From: a virus
Virus record (IMG/VR): IMGVR_UViG_3300028559_000015
Coordinates: 25,905-89,904 of that record
Length of the DNA: 64,000 bases
Direction: 5' to 3' (one strand)
Part shown: one piece after another, positions 28,427-38,610 of the stretch
Numbering within the stretch: the first letter of the stretch is position 1
Layout of the letters: each line of letters opens with the position of its first letter
Translations under genes and position numbers: made by a program
Notes under the pieces: model-generated
What the model was told of the DNA's origin: nothing
The model's database searches: none
Seen by the model: the letters and a program-made list of their open reading frames with translations, nothing else

Positions 28427-29860
28427 ATGACTTTAAATAGAAAAATATTCAGTTTTGCAACTATCACCTTATTAGTTGCTCTTTCATTGAGTGCCGTTGC
28501 GGCTTGGTACTCTATTCAGGGATTGATGGCTATCTTCGCCGCTGCCCTCATCCCTATCATGATTATGGGAGGCTCCCTAGAACTAGCTAAGATAGTCACG
28601 ACTGTTTGGTTACATAGATATTGGGATAGGTGCGGTTGGGTGATGAAGCTCTACCTTATTCCCGCAGTCGTTGCTCTTGCATTGTTGACTAGCATGGGTA
28701 TCTTTGGTTTCTTGTCAAAAGCACACAGTGACCAGAGCTTAGTAAGCGGAGATGCAGCAGCTAGGATTGAGTTGGTTGACGAAAAGATCCGGATTTCTCG
28801 TGAAAACATCGCCATGAACCAAAGGGCGATTGAACAAATGAACAGCCAGGTCGACCAGTTACTAGGTAGAACAGATGACGATAGAGGTGCTAATCGTGCG
28901 GTTCAAGTTCGTAGGCAACAATCCGCGGAACGTAATCGACTATTACAAGAGATAGAAGCCGAACAAGTTGAAATCGCACAGCTTAACGAAGAGGTCGCGC
29001 CTATTCGTGCAGAGATTCGTAAGATTGAGGCAGAAGTAGGTCCGATCAAATATATTGCTGCGATGATCTACGGGGATAACCCTGACACAAACCTGTTAGA
29101 ACGTGCGGTACGATGGATGATTGTTCTTATCGTTCTTGTTTTTGATCCGCTGGCTCTTATGCTTATGATAGCTGCACAGAGCAGTTACAAATGGGATGCA
29201 GAGGACGCAAAGAAAGAAAAAAATGAGATTGAATATAAGCCTGAACCTGAGTCTAAGTCAGCTAATATTGAGAAGAATGAAGATGTGCATAGTACAGAAA
29301 TACTACAAGAAGAGGCTACTCAAGTCGATGACATCTTGGGAGAACCACTACCAGAAAAACCTCTTCCTGACGCAGATGAACTTGTCGATGAGTTGGCGCA
29401 GAGTGAGGCAGAACCTGCACAACATGTCGAACCCGCCGAGGAAGTAGCAATCCAAACGGAGGGCGTGACCCTTCATGAAATACAGGAAGGCTACTACGAC
29501 GTTGAGGGGAAATCTATGAGCAAGGCTGCATTGTTGGGAATGCGTCCTGAATTGTTTTCCGCGAGACCAGACAGTGAGCAAAGTAGTACTAACTTTGGAA
29601 CCGAGTTTCCTAGATTTGCGAAGAAGTCTGACATATTCGTTCGTGTAGATGTTCTTCCCAACAAAGTTTTTAAATTTGATGGTTACAAGTGGATTGAGAT
29701 CAACAAAGAAAACAGTGATTCGTATCTGTATGACGAAGCATACATTCGCCACCTCGTGAGTAAGATTGCATCCGGCGAATATGATGTTGATTTACTTTCA
29801 GAAAACGAGAAAGCGCAGATTGAAGAATATCTTCAACGAAATCAGTCCCAAGATAAGTAA
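28427..29860 (+). CDS. Multi-TM coiled-coil protein (late)
   Basis: Three N-terminal TMs, coiled coil, VFDPLA TM; TATAAATA at 28415. Confidence 0.8.
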   Translation: MTLNRKIFSFATITLLVALSLSAVAAWYSIQGLMAIFAAALIPIMIMGGSLELAKIVTTVWLHRYWDRCGWVMKLYLIPAVVALALLTSMGIFGFLSKAHSDQSLVSGDAAARIELVDEKIRISRENIAMNQRAIEQMNSQVDQLLGRTDDDRGANRAVQVRRQQSAERNRLLQEIEAEQVEIAQLNEEVAPIRAEIRKIEAEVGPIKYIAAMIYGDNPDTNLLERAVRWMIVLIVLVFDPLALMLMIAAQSSYKWDAEDAKKEKNEIEYKPEPESKSANIEKNEDVHSTEILQEEATQVDDILGEPLPEKPLPDADELVDELAQSEAEPAQHVEPAEEVAIQTEGVTLHEIQEGYYDVEGKSMSKAALLGMRPELFSARPDSEQSSTNFGTEFPRFAKKSDIFVRVDVLPNKVFKFDGYKWIEINKENSDSYLYDEAYIRHLVSKIASGEYDVDLLSENEKAQIEEYLQRNQSQDK

Positions 29861-29865
29861 TATAT

Positions 29866-31062
29866 ATGACTGACAATAAGATACAGCATTGTTCTTTCTG
29901 CGGAAACCATAAAGATCAAGTAACAAAATTAATAGTAAGTGAAGACGTTTCGATTTGCAGCGGTTGTATTTCTTTATGCACCCAACTACTGGAAGAAGAA
30001 AACAGTGAGGGGAAAAAGGAAATAGAATCTAAAAACTTCGACGCATATAGCATTAAAGAACACCTGGATCAGTTGGTCATTGGGCAAAACGACGCCAAAG
30101 AGGTGCTAGCAGTTGCAATATCAAATCATTACAAGCGAATCAATCATCCGCCCAAAGACCTTGAGATTCAGAAGGGCAACGTGTTGTTGATTGGTCCAAC
30201 TGGATCAGGCAAGACGTTACTCGCTAGGGCAGTTGCAAAGTATCTTAATGTACCGTTTGTTGTAGCAGATGCAACTAGTCTTACTGAGGCAGGCTATGTG
30301 GGAGAAGACGTAGAGAGTATGATTTCAATGCTGCTTGCTTTGGCGGACAATGATGTTAGCAAAGCAGAACGCGGAATCGTGTTTATCGACGAAATTGATA
30401 AGATCGCCCGCAAGAGCGAAAGCACTAGCATTACCCGTGATGTGAGCGGTGAAGGAGTGCAGCAAGCACTGCTAAAGTTAGTAGAAGGCACTAAGTGCAG
30501 GGTGAGTGCTGCGGGTAAGCGTAAGCACCCGCAAGGAGAATCCATCGAAGTTGACACTAAGAACATTCTATTCATCGCAGGCGGAGCATTCGTTGGACTT
30601 GAGAACGTCATTAAGTCAAGAACTCAAGGAACCTCGATTGGGTTCGGAGCCGAGGTCAAATCTAAGAACGAAAAACCTAACATCAATCAAGTCACTCCTG
30701 ATGATCTAACTCGTTTCGGAATGATTCCCGAATTCATCGGTAGATTCACCACCACAATCACGCTACAAGAATTGACTCTACCACAACTGATAGAAGTCCT
30801 GACTGATATCAAGAATAGCTTTATTAAGCAATATGCCTATCTGTTTTCGATTGATGATATCAATCTTTCATTCACTGACCAAGCTATCGAAAAAATTGCA
30901 CAGAACTGCATAGATTTAAAGACAGGTGCCCGCGGACTTCATACTGAGATTGAGCGTGTACTGATGCCACACCTCTTCCACATCAATAGGTACAAAGAGA
31001 ACAATCTAACTGAATTAGTGATTGATGTAGAACATATCGATGAGCCTAAATCTATCTTTTAG
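29866..31062 (+). CDS. clpX: ATP-dependent Clp protease ATPase ClpX
   Basis: CSFC/CSGC zinc domain, [25 protein letters not shown] and IGF loops, GARGL. Confidence 0.95.
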   Translation: MTDNKIQHCSFCGNHKDQVTKLIVSEDVSICSGCISLCTQLLEEENSEGKKEIESKNFDAYSIKEHLDQLVIGQNDAKEVLAVAISNHYKRINHPPKDLEIQKGNVLLIGPTGSGKTLLARAVAKYLNVPFVVADATSLTEAGYVGEDVESMISMLLALADNDVSKAERGIVFIDEIDKIARKSESTSITRDVSGEGVQQALLKLVEGTKCRVSAAGKRKHPQGESIEVDTKNILFIAGGAFVGLENVIKSRTQGTSIGFGAEVKSKNEKPNINQVTPDDLTRFGMIPEFIGRFTTTITLQELTLPQLIEVLTDIKNSFIKQYAYLFSIDDINLSFTDQAIEKIAQNCIDLKTGARGLHTEIERVLMPHLFHINRYKENNLTELVIDVEHIDEPKSIF

Positions 31063-31099
31063 ACCCAAAATACTATATTTTTTTGCGTAATAGTGTACA

Positions 31100-31167
31100 C
31101 TAAATAATATTGTAGATGCTTTAATAGGTCTACAACAATAGTCTTGCTAACACATAGGAGATAAAAC
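31100..31167 (+). promoter_or_regulatory. Late promoter plus ROSE-like RNA thermometer
   Basis: CTAAATA; hairpin TTGTAGAT/GTCTACAA; TCTTGCT paired to AGGAGA SD with bulged G. Confidence 0.6.
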
Positions 31168-31635
31168 ATGACTAATGCACATCTAAACCTTCGTTCCCTC
31201 GACATTCCGTCAATTCATAAATTTGCTGTAGGATTCGATAACGTCTTTGACGAACTTCTACGAATCAATGCACAGAATGCACAGCAAGCAAACGGATCAA
31301 ATTATCCCCCATACAACGTAGTAAAGCACGATGACGATCATTTCGCCATCGAACTTGCTGTGGCTGGTTTTAACATCGGGGACATCTCTATCACAGTAGA
31401 AAAGAATCTTCTCACTATAAGAGGGGAGCGTGAATACATCAGTGAAGACGCCTCGGAAATCACATATTTGCATCAGGGAATTGGTTACCGCAATTTCTCT
31501 CGTACATTTACTTTGGCAGAGCATGTCGAAGTGATAGGGGCAACCTCGGAGAACGGTATTCTCAAGATTAATCTTGAGCGTAAGGTTCCTGACGAACAAA
31601 AGCCCAAAACAATTGCTATTTCGTACAATAAATAA
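31168..31635 (+). CDS. Small heat shock protein (Hsp20/IbpA-like)
   Basis: NYPPYNV, IELAVAGF, YLHQGI..RNFSRTFTL, NGIL. Confidence 0.95.
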   Translation: MTNAHLNLRSLDIPSIHKFAVGFDNVFDELLRINAQNAQQANGSNYPPYNVVKHDDDHFAIELAVAGFNIGDISITVEKNLLTIRGEREYISEDASEITYLHQGIGYRNFSRTFTLAEHVEVIGATSENGILKINLERKVPDEQKPKTIAISYNK

Positions 31636-31648
31636 TAGAAGTAACATA

Positions 31649-31677
31649 GTGCTTGCAGTCATTGTGACTGCAAGCAC
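31649..31677 (+). other. Perfect 13-bp hairpin in clpS leader
   Basis: GTGCTTGCAGTCA-TTG-TGACTGCAAGCAC, after ATAAATA; no U-tract. Confidence 0.6.
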
Positions 31678-31697
31678 ACCTTAAAGGAATCATATTA

Positions 31698-32006
31698 ATG
31701 GCAAATGCAGAACCAAAAGCTAAGATTAGACCCAACGTTGCTCTCAAGGAGCCGCCCCTATACAAGGTCATCTACATGAATGATGAACACACATCGATGG
31801 AATTTGTGATTGAAAGTCTATGTGAATATTTCAACTACAATCCGGACACTGCTACGCAGATTACAGTAGATGTTCACGAAAAAGGTAGTGCAGTTGTTGC
31901 AGTCTTGCCTTATGAAATTGCAGAACAAAAGGGTATCGAAGTGACACTTGATGCTCGGGCCCAAGGATTTCCGCTTCAGGTCAAAGTCGAAGCAGAATCA
32001 GACTGA
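31698..32006 (+). CDS. clpS: N-end rule adaptor ClpS
   Basis: PPLYKVIYMNDEHTSMEFV, VHEKGSAVV, FPLQV. Confidence 0.92.
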   Translation: MANAEPKAKIRPNVALKEPPLYKVIYMNDEHTSMEFVIESLCEYFNYNPDTATQITVDVHEKGSAVVAVLPYEIAEQKGIEVTLDARAQGFPLQVKVEAESD

Positions 32007-32699
32007 CAGCGTTATTCTCTTAGCCCAATAGGGCTGTTTATAAGGGCGGGGGTTGTTGACGTAATTTACGTTACCTAAATGAGTGTCAACAATCTTATCA
32101 TAGGTTCCAAATACCCAATGCGTTACTTTGCGTTCAGTATCAATTTTTAAAGTAGCGTGTAGGGGTATTTGGGCCTCTGTTACTTCAGGGGTTTCTTTGA
32201 AGTACAAGTCTGGATGAGGTACTGCATTAGTCACGACGATGACTTTTACGATGTCCAGATGTTTTTGAAGTTTTTCAATAGACTTATATAGATACGTTGT
32301 ATCTTCTTCCCTCGATGCTGCTTCCATTAAGTTTTCTACTGTGAGATTGTCAGTGTCAGCGTTTGCCCATCCATTGGCACCAATGATAGCAATTCCGTCA
32401 ATCATCACTACATGATGATGCAGTATACAAACATTAGGTATAGCAAGAGTTAAACTCATCAACTCTTCCGTCCTAGACTGAATGTCAATGGCAGTCTTAT
32501 ATTCGAGCGTCCCTGGAACGAAAAACACACCCTGATAACAAGTACCAAGATGTGCTAACGTTTGAAGTGTCGTTCTCAGGTCAGAACTAATGTTACCTGA
32601 TACAATACAGTACAGGCTAGCCGCCTTGTTTTCCCAATTGAAGCTGTCTTCGGGTGATAAGTTTAGATCACCGAGGACATCAAAGCCGATATCTTGCAT
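31998..32699 (-). CDS. Calcineurin-like phosphoesterase fold with degenerate metal ligands
   Basis: GDLNL, SGNIS, PGTLEY, TNAVP, FGTYD occupy the five motif positions. Confidence 0.65.
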   Translation of the reverse strand: MQDIGFDVLGDLNLSPEDSFNWENKAASLYCIVSGNISSDLRTTLQTLAHLGTCYQGVFFVPGTLEYKTAIDIQSRTEELMSLTLAIPNVCILHHHVVMIDGIAIIGANGWANADTDNLTVENLMEAASREEDTTYLYKSIEKLQKHLDIVKVIVVTNAVPHPDLYFKETPEVTEAQIPLHATLKIDTERKVTHWVFGTYDKIVDTHLGNVNYVNNPRPYKQPYWAKRITLSV

Positions 32700-32723
32700 C
32701 TTTAATTAGATTACTATGTGATC

Positions 32724-33029
32724 TTAATCTTTTGCGATCTTAATCTTAGGCTTCCTGACTGGTTTTTTAGCAGCTTCTTCCACTTCATGAATTTCCTCTG
32801 ACGGAGGATCCATCAGTGAAACGTGTGCGCTTTCAACTTCCTCGATCTCATACTCCGGTGGCCAGACTTCCGGTAAAGTTTCTTTGGGCCCCCACGGCAC
32901 GACTTCCGGTAAAACTTCTTGATCGATGACAGGGTATGATTCTTCGGCGCGTCTGGCGACGTATTTCTTATATGCGTGATAACCGACAAAAAGTGCTAAT
33001 GCGGCTAAGAGAGCTAGTGCGATTTCCAT
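32724..33029 (-). CDS. Membrane-anchored hypothetical protein
   Basis: N-terminal TM; AGGAG RBS; late promoter on minus strand near 33063. Confidence 0.7.
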   Translation of the reverse strand: MEIALALLAALALFVGYHAYKKYVARRAEESYPVIDQEVLPEVVPWGPKETLPEVWPPEYEIEEVESAHVSLMDPPSEEIHEVEEAAKKPVRKPKIKIAKD

Positions 33030-33101
33030 ATGATTCTCCTATTAAGTATGGTATCCATAATGTATTTATGTGTCAATACTAGACGAAAGAATAAATACTT
33101 G

Positions 33102-34628
33102 ATGCGTGATATCATAGACAGACTGGAACTTATCAGCGAAAGCACAGGACTAGCCGGTAGAAGAACGGGTGACGTTTTTCGCAACGGCGACGGTGATGAG
33201 ATCACTTTTGACAATATCATGTTTGTCCCTGAACAGGGAGGACGGTTAGAGGATAAAGACCTAGACGATGCTATCGTTTCCGTTGACGATGCGGTACAAT
33301 GGTTGAACAATCGCACGAGTCGTACAGGAGGGTACGCTATTGCTACCTTTAATGGGCCTGATGGTCCTTTATATTTCGGTAGATACTTAGACAACATCAA
33401 AGCCAACTTCGTGTCTAACTATGTTCCTAATCAAGTAGCAGGGTATAAGCTTGCTACGAAGACTGCATTGAAAGCTCAAGCAGGATTGACTCCTCAGGAA
33501 CTTTTAACAGAAAAGACTGACCTGACAGCAAATGATATCATCAAGCAGCTTTCAGTAAGTTTGGGCGTTGACAACCCACTGTACACAGTTGCTTACAACC
33601 TATCTATGGGAGAACCTCTTCCAATATCCTTTGCTGCTCCTCCCGGGGTTAGCTTCTCTGCATTCAGAGATTACTTTTGTGAAATTCTACAACCCATTGC
33701 ACTTCAAAGAGGTGAATATACAGTTAAGGCAGGGGATGATCCTAAAATCCTGTTAGATGGCAGCTTCGATGGTACGCTAATCTCATTTGATTTCAGCAAG
33801 ACTGCTGGATTGAGTGATAGTACGATGTCCAACGAAGACGGTAAGTATGTAAAGGTTAGCAGCAAGGGAGGCACCGGCGCAACTGCTAGTACAAAGAATC
33901 TAATCAACAGTGTAGAGGAACTCTCTCACACTCCCAATGGTAAAAAGGTATTGGATGACCATATAGAAACAATAGAATTGCTCCGTGAGATTGTTGCACT
34001 AGGACAGGCAGGTGCTCCTCTTGGTTTGGGTGTTAAGTTTGATATCATTGATGACGAAGACGCTGCACAGATTCGTGACTTAAAAGATACCCCACCTGTC
34101 AAAGCAGATAAGATCGATGACCTTGGGTTGAGTGATAATCTTGTAAAGTTAGCTAAATCTAGAAAGCCTGACAACCCAGAAAGAATCAGTCTTTATTTCC
34201 ATCTAATCGCAGCAATAGCGCATAAGGTTGCGAAGGAAGTAAACGAGACTACTGAATTTAGTAAGGCAGCAGCAGACATTCTGAACAACGGGTCATTAGT
34301 ACAAGTTTATACCACAGCCAAGGCAGGCAAGGAAATCTGGACCTTAGACAAGTTCGCTACTGTTTATCCCGGAAATAGCATCAGGGGCGTCTATCTATCA
34401 GCTTCTAAGACGTACTACAGCACGGGCATCAAGGGTAACTTCACGTTCAAGATTGATCGAGGCAAGGGAGTACCTGAAGATGATAAGCCAGGAGAGATGC
34501 GAGCTAAGAGAATTCAGACAGATAAAGAATTCGAGAAGAAGGCCGCAGACATTGCTCTAGGCAGAGAAAAGCCCAAAGAAAGAATTCCTTCTAAAATGGG
34601 AGATGTTGGGCGTTCATTGCGAAAGTAA
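33102..34628 (+). CDS. Late protein with CTS-like leader, possible PD-(D/E)xK-like fold
   Basis: Starts MRDIIDRLELISE; ATAAATA at 33091; LSD...KVSSK. Confidence 0.6.
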   Translation: MRDIIDRLELISESTGLAGRRTGDVFRNGDGDEITFDNIMFVPEQGGRLEDKDLDDAIVSVDDAVQWLNNRTSRTGGYAIATFNGPDGPLYFGRYLDNIKANFVSNYVPNQVAGYKLATKTALKAQAGLTPQELLTEKTDLTANDIIKQLSVSLGVDNPLYTVAYNLSMGEPLPISFAAPPGVSFSAFRDYFCEILQPIALQRGEYTVKAGDDPKILLDGSFDGTLISFDFSKTAGLSDSTMSNEDGKYVKVSSKGGTGATASTKNLINSVEELSHTPNGKKVLDDHIETIELLREIVALGQAGAPLGLGVKFDIIDDEDAAQIRDLKDTPPVKADKIDDLGLSDNLVKLAKSRKPDNPERISLYFHLIAAIAHKVAKEVNETTEFSKAAADILNNGSLVQVYTTAKAGKEIWTLDKFATVYPGNSIRGVYLSASKTYYSTGIKGNFTFKIDRGKGVPEDDKPGEMRAKRIQTDKEFEKKAADIALGREKPKERIPSKMGDVGRSLRK

Positions 34629-34699
34629 TAGGTAACCAAACCTGTTGCTTTTATCACAAAGATAGTCTATTGTTGTTATATCATTAAGAAGGATATTAC

Positions 34700-35281
34700 A
34701 TGAGCCTAGTTCCAATCGTACTCGAACAAACTAGCCGCGGTGAACGCAGCTACGACATTTATTCACGCTTGCTTAGAGAGCGTGTCATTTTGCTTGAGGG
34801 CGAAGTGCATGACCAAATGGCTAACTTGATTGTTGCCCAACTTCTTTATCTTGAATCGGAAGATTCAGATAAGGATATTTCTCTCTACATCAACAGCCCT
34901 GGCGGCAGTGTCACTGCTGGTCTAGCGATTCTTGACACCATGGATTTCATTAAATGTGATGTATCTACTATCGCAATTGGAAGCGTTTGCTCTATGGGGT
35001 CTTTGATTGCCAGTTCCGGTGCCAAAGGGAAAAGGTTTATTCTTCCTAGGGCGAGGCACATGGTTCACTCGGTGTCCGGTGGATCCCGCGGTACAGTATG
35101 GGATGCTGAAATCCAAATGGAAGAAATGGTTCGGTTGAATAACCTTCTTACTGAGGTTTATGCTAACAACACCGGTAAAACTATTGAAGAACTTAAAGCT
35201 GCTATGGCTCGCGACAACTATATGGATGCCCATGCATCCGTTGAGTTTGGATTAGCGGATAAGATCCTTACTTCTAGGTAA
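34700..35281 (+). CDS. clpP: ClpP protease subunit
   Basis: [24 protein letters not shown] (Ser), MVHS (His), RDNYM (Asp). Confidence 0.96.
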   Translation: MSLVPIVLEQTSRGERSYDIYSRLLRERVILLEGEVHDQMANLIVAQLLYLESEDSDKDISLYINSPGGSVTAGLAILDTMDFIKCDVSTIAIGSVCSMGSLIASSGAKGKRFILPRARHMVHSVSGGSRGTVWDAEIQMEEMVRLNNLLTEVYANNTGKTIEELKAAMARDNYMDAHASVEFGLADKILTSR

Positions 35282-36083
35282 CGGTTCTTCCGGGATAATA
35301 CCCATCTGGACAAGTTTTCGCTCTTACTGATTTGCTACCGTCTGTGTACCAGTGGTAGCCGCTGTAATCTCTGTTCAGATGGGAATTTCCTGATCCGTTC
35401 GAGTGTCCCGATCTATAACCTTCAGGACATTCAAATGCTAACACCGAATTAATTCCGTTAGTGTACCATTTTTTTCCGATACCATGAGCCTTCCCTTTTA
35501 AAGTATCGCTTATTTTTTTATTAGTTTCTGCTGATGCCGGCAGCTTGCCCTTGACAAATCCGACCTCCTGTCCTACATTAGGTGGTAGCATTATTTCTTT
35601 GAAACCATTGTTGTAGCAAACATAGCCTTTTGTGTATCCGGATTGTTTAGGAAATGGATTAACTAATCTACCGGGAATGAACCCTTCGGGACATGAGTGT
35701 TGATGGACCTCCGTAATTCCATTATTATACCATTTCTTGTTCTTATTAGTTTGTCTTAGTTTAGCTACGCCTTCTTCGGTAACTTTGAATCTACGTTTAT
35801 TTCCGGATTGCCAATGTTTATTGAGTAGTAATGGATTGTCCCAATTCTCAATGATCAGCATATTCTCCCGATCATATGCTTCATCCGGATCCGCAGTTTT
35901 AAATATTATATCACTCTCGTATTCACGGAATTCTTCCGAGCCTATGTATTCTGCGGAGGTGAAATATGTTATTCCTAGATCATCTTCCGGGTGAATCTGT
36001 AGTTTGATGTTAGCATATCGGTATCCGATATAAAACTGTTTGGTTACCTTATGAGTAAGGCGATACACGTAAGCTAAATACAT
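35274..36083 (-). mobile_element. GIY-YIG (Seg-like) homing endonuclease with four WxNNG repeats
   Basis: AYVY...FYIGYR...YFTS...LLNK; tail-to-tail overlap with clpP. Confidence 0.8.
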
Positions 36084-36085
36084 TT

Positions 36086-36152
36086 GCTGATACTCCGTTT
36101 CAGTATTAGAGTAGTTGGGAATCTCACCTCCGTGAACTACACTTTTATTTAT
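36086..36152. ncRNA. Conserved two-hairpin element, copy A
   Basis: GCTGATACT-loop-AGTATTAGA-GTAGTT..AACTAC-ACTTTTATTTAT; 4 copies with covariation. Confidence 0.75.
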
Positions 36153-36312
36153 CTTTGCGGTTGCCAATCACCGTTTTGTGCGTTAGCGTATAAATAAGAG
36201 TGAGCGCAATTCACGTTTCGGTGAAAAAAGGTTGACTTCGGGTACGTTCTTTGTTAGAGTGCATCATAAGCTGAAAAACAGAAACACAAAATTCAAGGAC
36301 ATCAGATTTAAA

Positions 36313-36522
36313 ATGCTCTTTCAAAAAGTCTTCGTACTTCGGGTCATCTATAAGAGTGGTTATGCCATTGACTTTGAAGTCACTGAATATGAGATCAGTC
36401 CATCTATTGCCAAGTGGGTTTCTGCCAACGACGAGTTTCGTCCGATCCATCTGAACTACGATGAAGTAGCTTCTGTGTGGAAGGTTGGTCAACGTCTGCG
36501 CCTCAAGTTTTTCAAGAAATAA
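36313..36522 (+). CDS. Hypothetical early protein
   Basis: Downstream of a TTGACTTCGGGTAC promoter variant. Confidence 0.6.
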   Translation: MLFQKVFVLRVIYKSGYAIDFEVTEYEISPSIAKWVSANDEFRPIHLNYDEVASVWKVGQRLRLKFFKK

Positions 36523-36533
36523 GGAAATATAAA

Positions 36534-36749
36534 ATGTCAAAGAAGTATGATGAACGTCACGGAGGTCCGTATGATCGCGGGTCTGCTGATAGCTACTACG
36601 GTCGGGGTTCTAACCCTCACTACTACAAAGGTGGTAGCTATTCCAGCGAAAAGGTTGAACAGAAGCATATGACTCCTGAGGAAATCGAAGCCTATCTTGC
36701 AGGATACGCCGGTAACGAAGCTGAAGGTAATTTTAAGGACTGGGGTTAA
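36534..36749 (+). CDS. Hypothetical protein
   Basis: HGGPYDRGSADSYYGR...YLAGY. Confidence 0.75.
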   Translation: MSKKYDERHGGPYDRGSADSYYGRGSNPHYYKGGSYSSEKVEQKHMTPEEIEAYLAGYAGNEAEGNFKDWG

Positions 36750-36758
36750 GTTGAATTA

Positions 36759-36821
36759 AATCGTACCCGAGGTCACTTTTCGGTTGACTTCGGGTATCCG
36801 TTTTGCTACATTGAATCATAG
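36759..36821 (+). repeat. Hairpin-embedded early promoter, copy 2
   Basis: Near-identical to 23440-23502. Confidence 0.8.
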
Positions 36822-36849
36822 ACAGAAACAAACAAACGGAGACACGAAC

Positions 36850-37125
36850 ATGATCTACACTCTCAAGATTTATCGTTATGATCGTCGCTGCAAGAGCGGT
36901 GAACGCTTCTTTAAGACTTACGAGTATGACCGTAAGGACGATGCTTCGATGGACCGCGAAGTCAATGCTCTCCGCGGCTGTGGCTACTTCGACGACATGT
37001 TCCGCATCGAATACGCCCCCAAGTTCATCACTGTCAAGAACCTGATGAGCGGCAAGGATGTGCAGATTGCTGCCGATACTCCTTGGTCTTGTCGTCCGGA
37101 TTCAGAATCTTATTGGTCGGCTTGA
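36850..37125 (+). CDS. Hypothetical early protein
   Basis: VKNLMSG...DTPWSC.P.SESYWS; GGAG RBS. Confidence 0.75.
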   Translation: MIYTLKIYRYDRRCKSGERFFKTYEYDRKDDASMDREVNALRGCGYFDDMFRIEYAPKFITVKNLMSGKDVQIAADTPWSCRPDSESYWSA

Positions 37126-37721
37126 GGTCTGATCATAACAAAGGAACCATCAGGCAGATAATGTCTTTTGGTTCCTGTTTTTGATTTAGCAAGTTTTGCA
37201 TTTCGTTCTGGTGTGCAAATTTTAGCCTGAACATCTGGTCTTTTTAATGCTGCCGAAATATTAGCTTTTCCAGATTCTGGCATTTTCCACCCTTCTTCTT
37301 TTTTCTTGCGTTCTCTTTGGGCAGCTAATTCTCTAAACTTTTGAATGTTCTCCGGTGATCGTTTGAATCCAGTCAATTTTCTGCTAATGCGGGCCTTCAC
37401 TTCTTCTGTGTGTTGAGCGGGACCACGAAACTTTTTTCCTCCGTTATGTCTATTAATCCAATTATCGCGGGAAGCAGCGTTTAATCTTCGTAACACCTTG
37501 TGTTCCCACAGTATGGCTTCTTGAGATGTAGAGAATATTTTTCGGACCTCAACAGTGAATGAGTCAATGCCGTATTCCGCAATCAACTGCTTGACTATTT
37601 TTGACGATGAAAAATAAGTTTTCCATAGTGTATCTGGGTTCGCAGTTTTACCGTGCCTAATCCCGTAATAATGCTTTTGAGTGGGCTTATGGAATAGATA
37701 GTATGAAAAAGGGGTTGACAT
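37110..37721 (-). mobile_element. GIY-YIG homing endonuclease with NUMOD3-like tail
   Basis: FSYYL...HYYGIR...YFSSS...WEHKVL...WINR; TATAAATA directly upstream; lacks the two-hairpin element. Confidence 0.8.
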
Positions 37722-37782
37722 TGTTTCTTTCCTGTTGTATATTGTATTTATACAAACAAAGATGTTTTTGGAGCATGTAATC

Positions 37783-37959
37783 ATGGATATCGAAAGAGCA
37801 AATCGTATCGTAGGCAAGATGGCTAAGGAGCGGTATCGTTCCAGCGACGAAGTTCTTGCCGAGTTCTTGCGTTATCAGAAAGATGGCGAGTGCCAGCATT
37901 TTTGGCCCGATGAAAACACGGCATGTCTCATGCTGATTAAGCGACGAGCGAGTCAGTAA
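37783..37959 (+). CDS. Hypothetical protein
   Basis: GGAG RBS; TTGACA-N17-TATATT promoter overlapping the endonuclease start. Confidence 0.55.
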   Translation: MDIERANRIVGKMAKERYRSSDEVLAEFLRYQKDGECQHFWPDENTACLMLIKRRASQ

Positions 37960-38006
37960 TGCTGCAATATATCCCTTCAAAAGTCAACATCTATAAGGAA
38001 AATAAA

Positions 38007-38222
38007 ATGGAAACTATCGCTAAGGTTATCGGCCTCGCTGTCGTAGGAATTGTTGCTATCGTTGTTCTCGGGCTTATTCTTAGCCTGCCGGTCATGTGGC
38101 TTTGGAACGCTTGTCTTGTCGCTGCTATTCCTGGCATCAAGGAAATCGGATGGCTCCAGGCTTGGGGTATCTTGATTCTGTGCGGCTTGCTCTTTAAGAA
38201 TGCGTCTTCGTCTTCTGACTAG
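38007..38222 (+). CDS. Membrane protein
   Basis: MWLWN...IGWLQAWG; two TMs. Confidence 0.7.
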   Translation: METIAKVIGLAVVGIVAIVVLGLILSLPVMWLWNACLVAAIPGIKEIGWLQAWGILILCGLLFKNASSSSD

Positions 38223-38311
38223 GAAAACTTAGCACTTTGGATAAACATAGACATACTAAATAACAATTCTAATATTTAAAAACAAACATTGATATCATAG
38301 GAGAAGAACAA

Positions 38312-38533
38312 ATGTTAAAAACTATTACTGCACTACTAGTCGGTACCAGTCTCGTCGCCGGCCAGGCTATTGCACAAAACAGCGCATCGACATCTCGGGT
38401 CGGTGATCGGGTCGGTGCGACAGCCGAAAGGTCAAGTGATGTTGCCGGTGTACCGCTGTCATTGCTGCTAATCGGCTCCATCGTAGCTGTCATTGCTTAC
38501 AAAGCCACAGACGACAACCCTGCAAGTAACTAA
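38312..38533 (+). CDS. Small exported protein with C-terminal TM
   Basis: Signal peptide ending AIA; TM followed by DDNPASN. Confidence 0.7.
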   Translation: MLKTITALLVGTSLVAGQAIAQNSASTSRVGDRVGATAERSSDVAGVPLSLLLIGSIVAVIAYKATDDNPASN

Positions 38534-38610
38534 ATAAACCAAAAATAAAACTTGACAACCGCTTAGGTTGAGCGTATAGTTGATATATAAACTCGATTAT
38601 GGAGTCAGCT

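Noticed and set aside
36086-36152. Hammerhead ribozyme reading of the repeated element (CTGA core)
   Set aside because: CUGANGA and GAAA core residues are not conserved across the four copies
36084-36167. N-terminal extension of the GIY-YIG ORF, and similar extensions at 37722-37817, 33030-33101, 60428-60481
   Set aside because: Extensions run through promoter or leader elements; the downstream ATGs are better placed relative to RBS or late promoter and family starts
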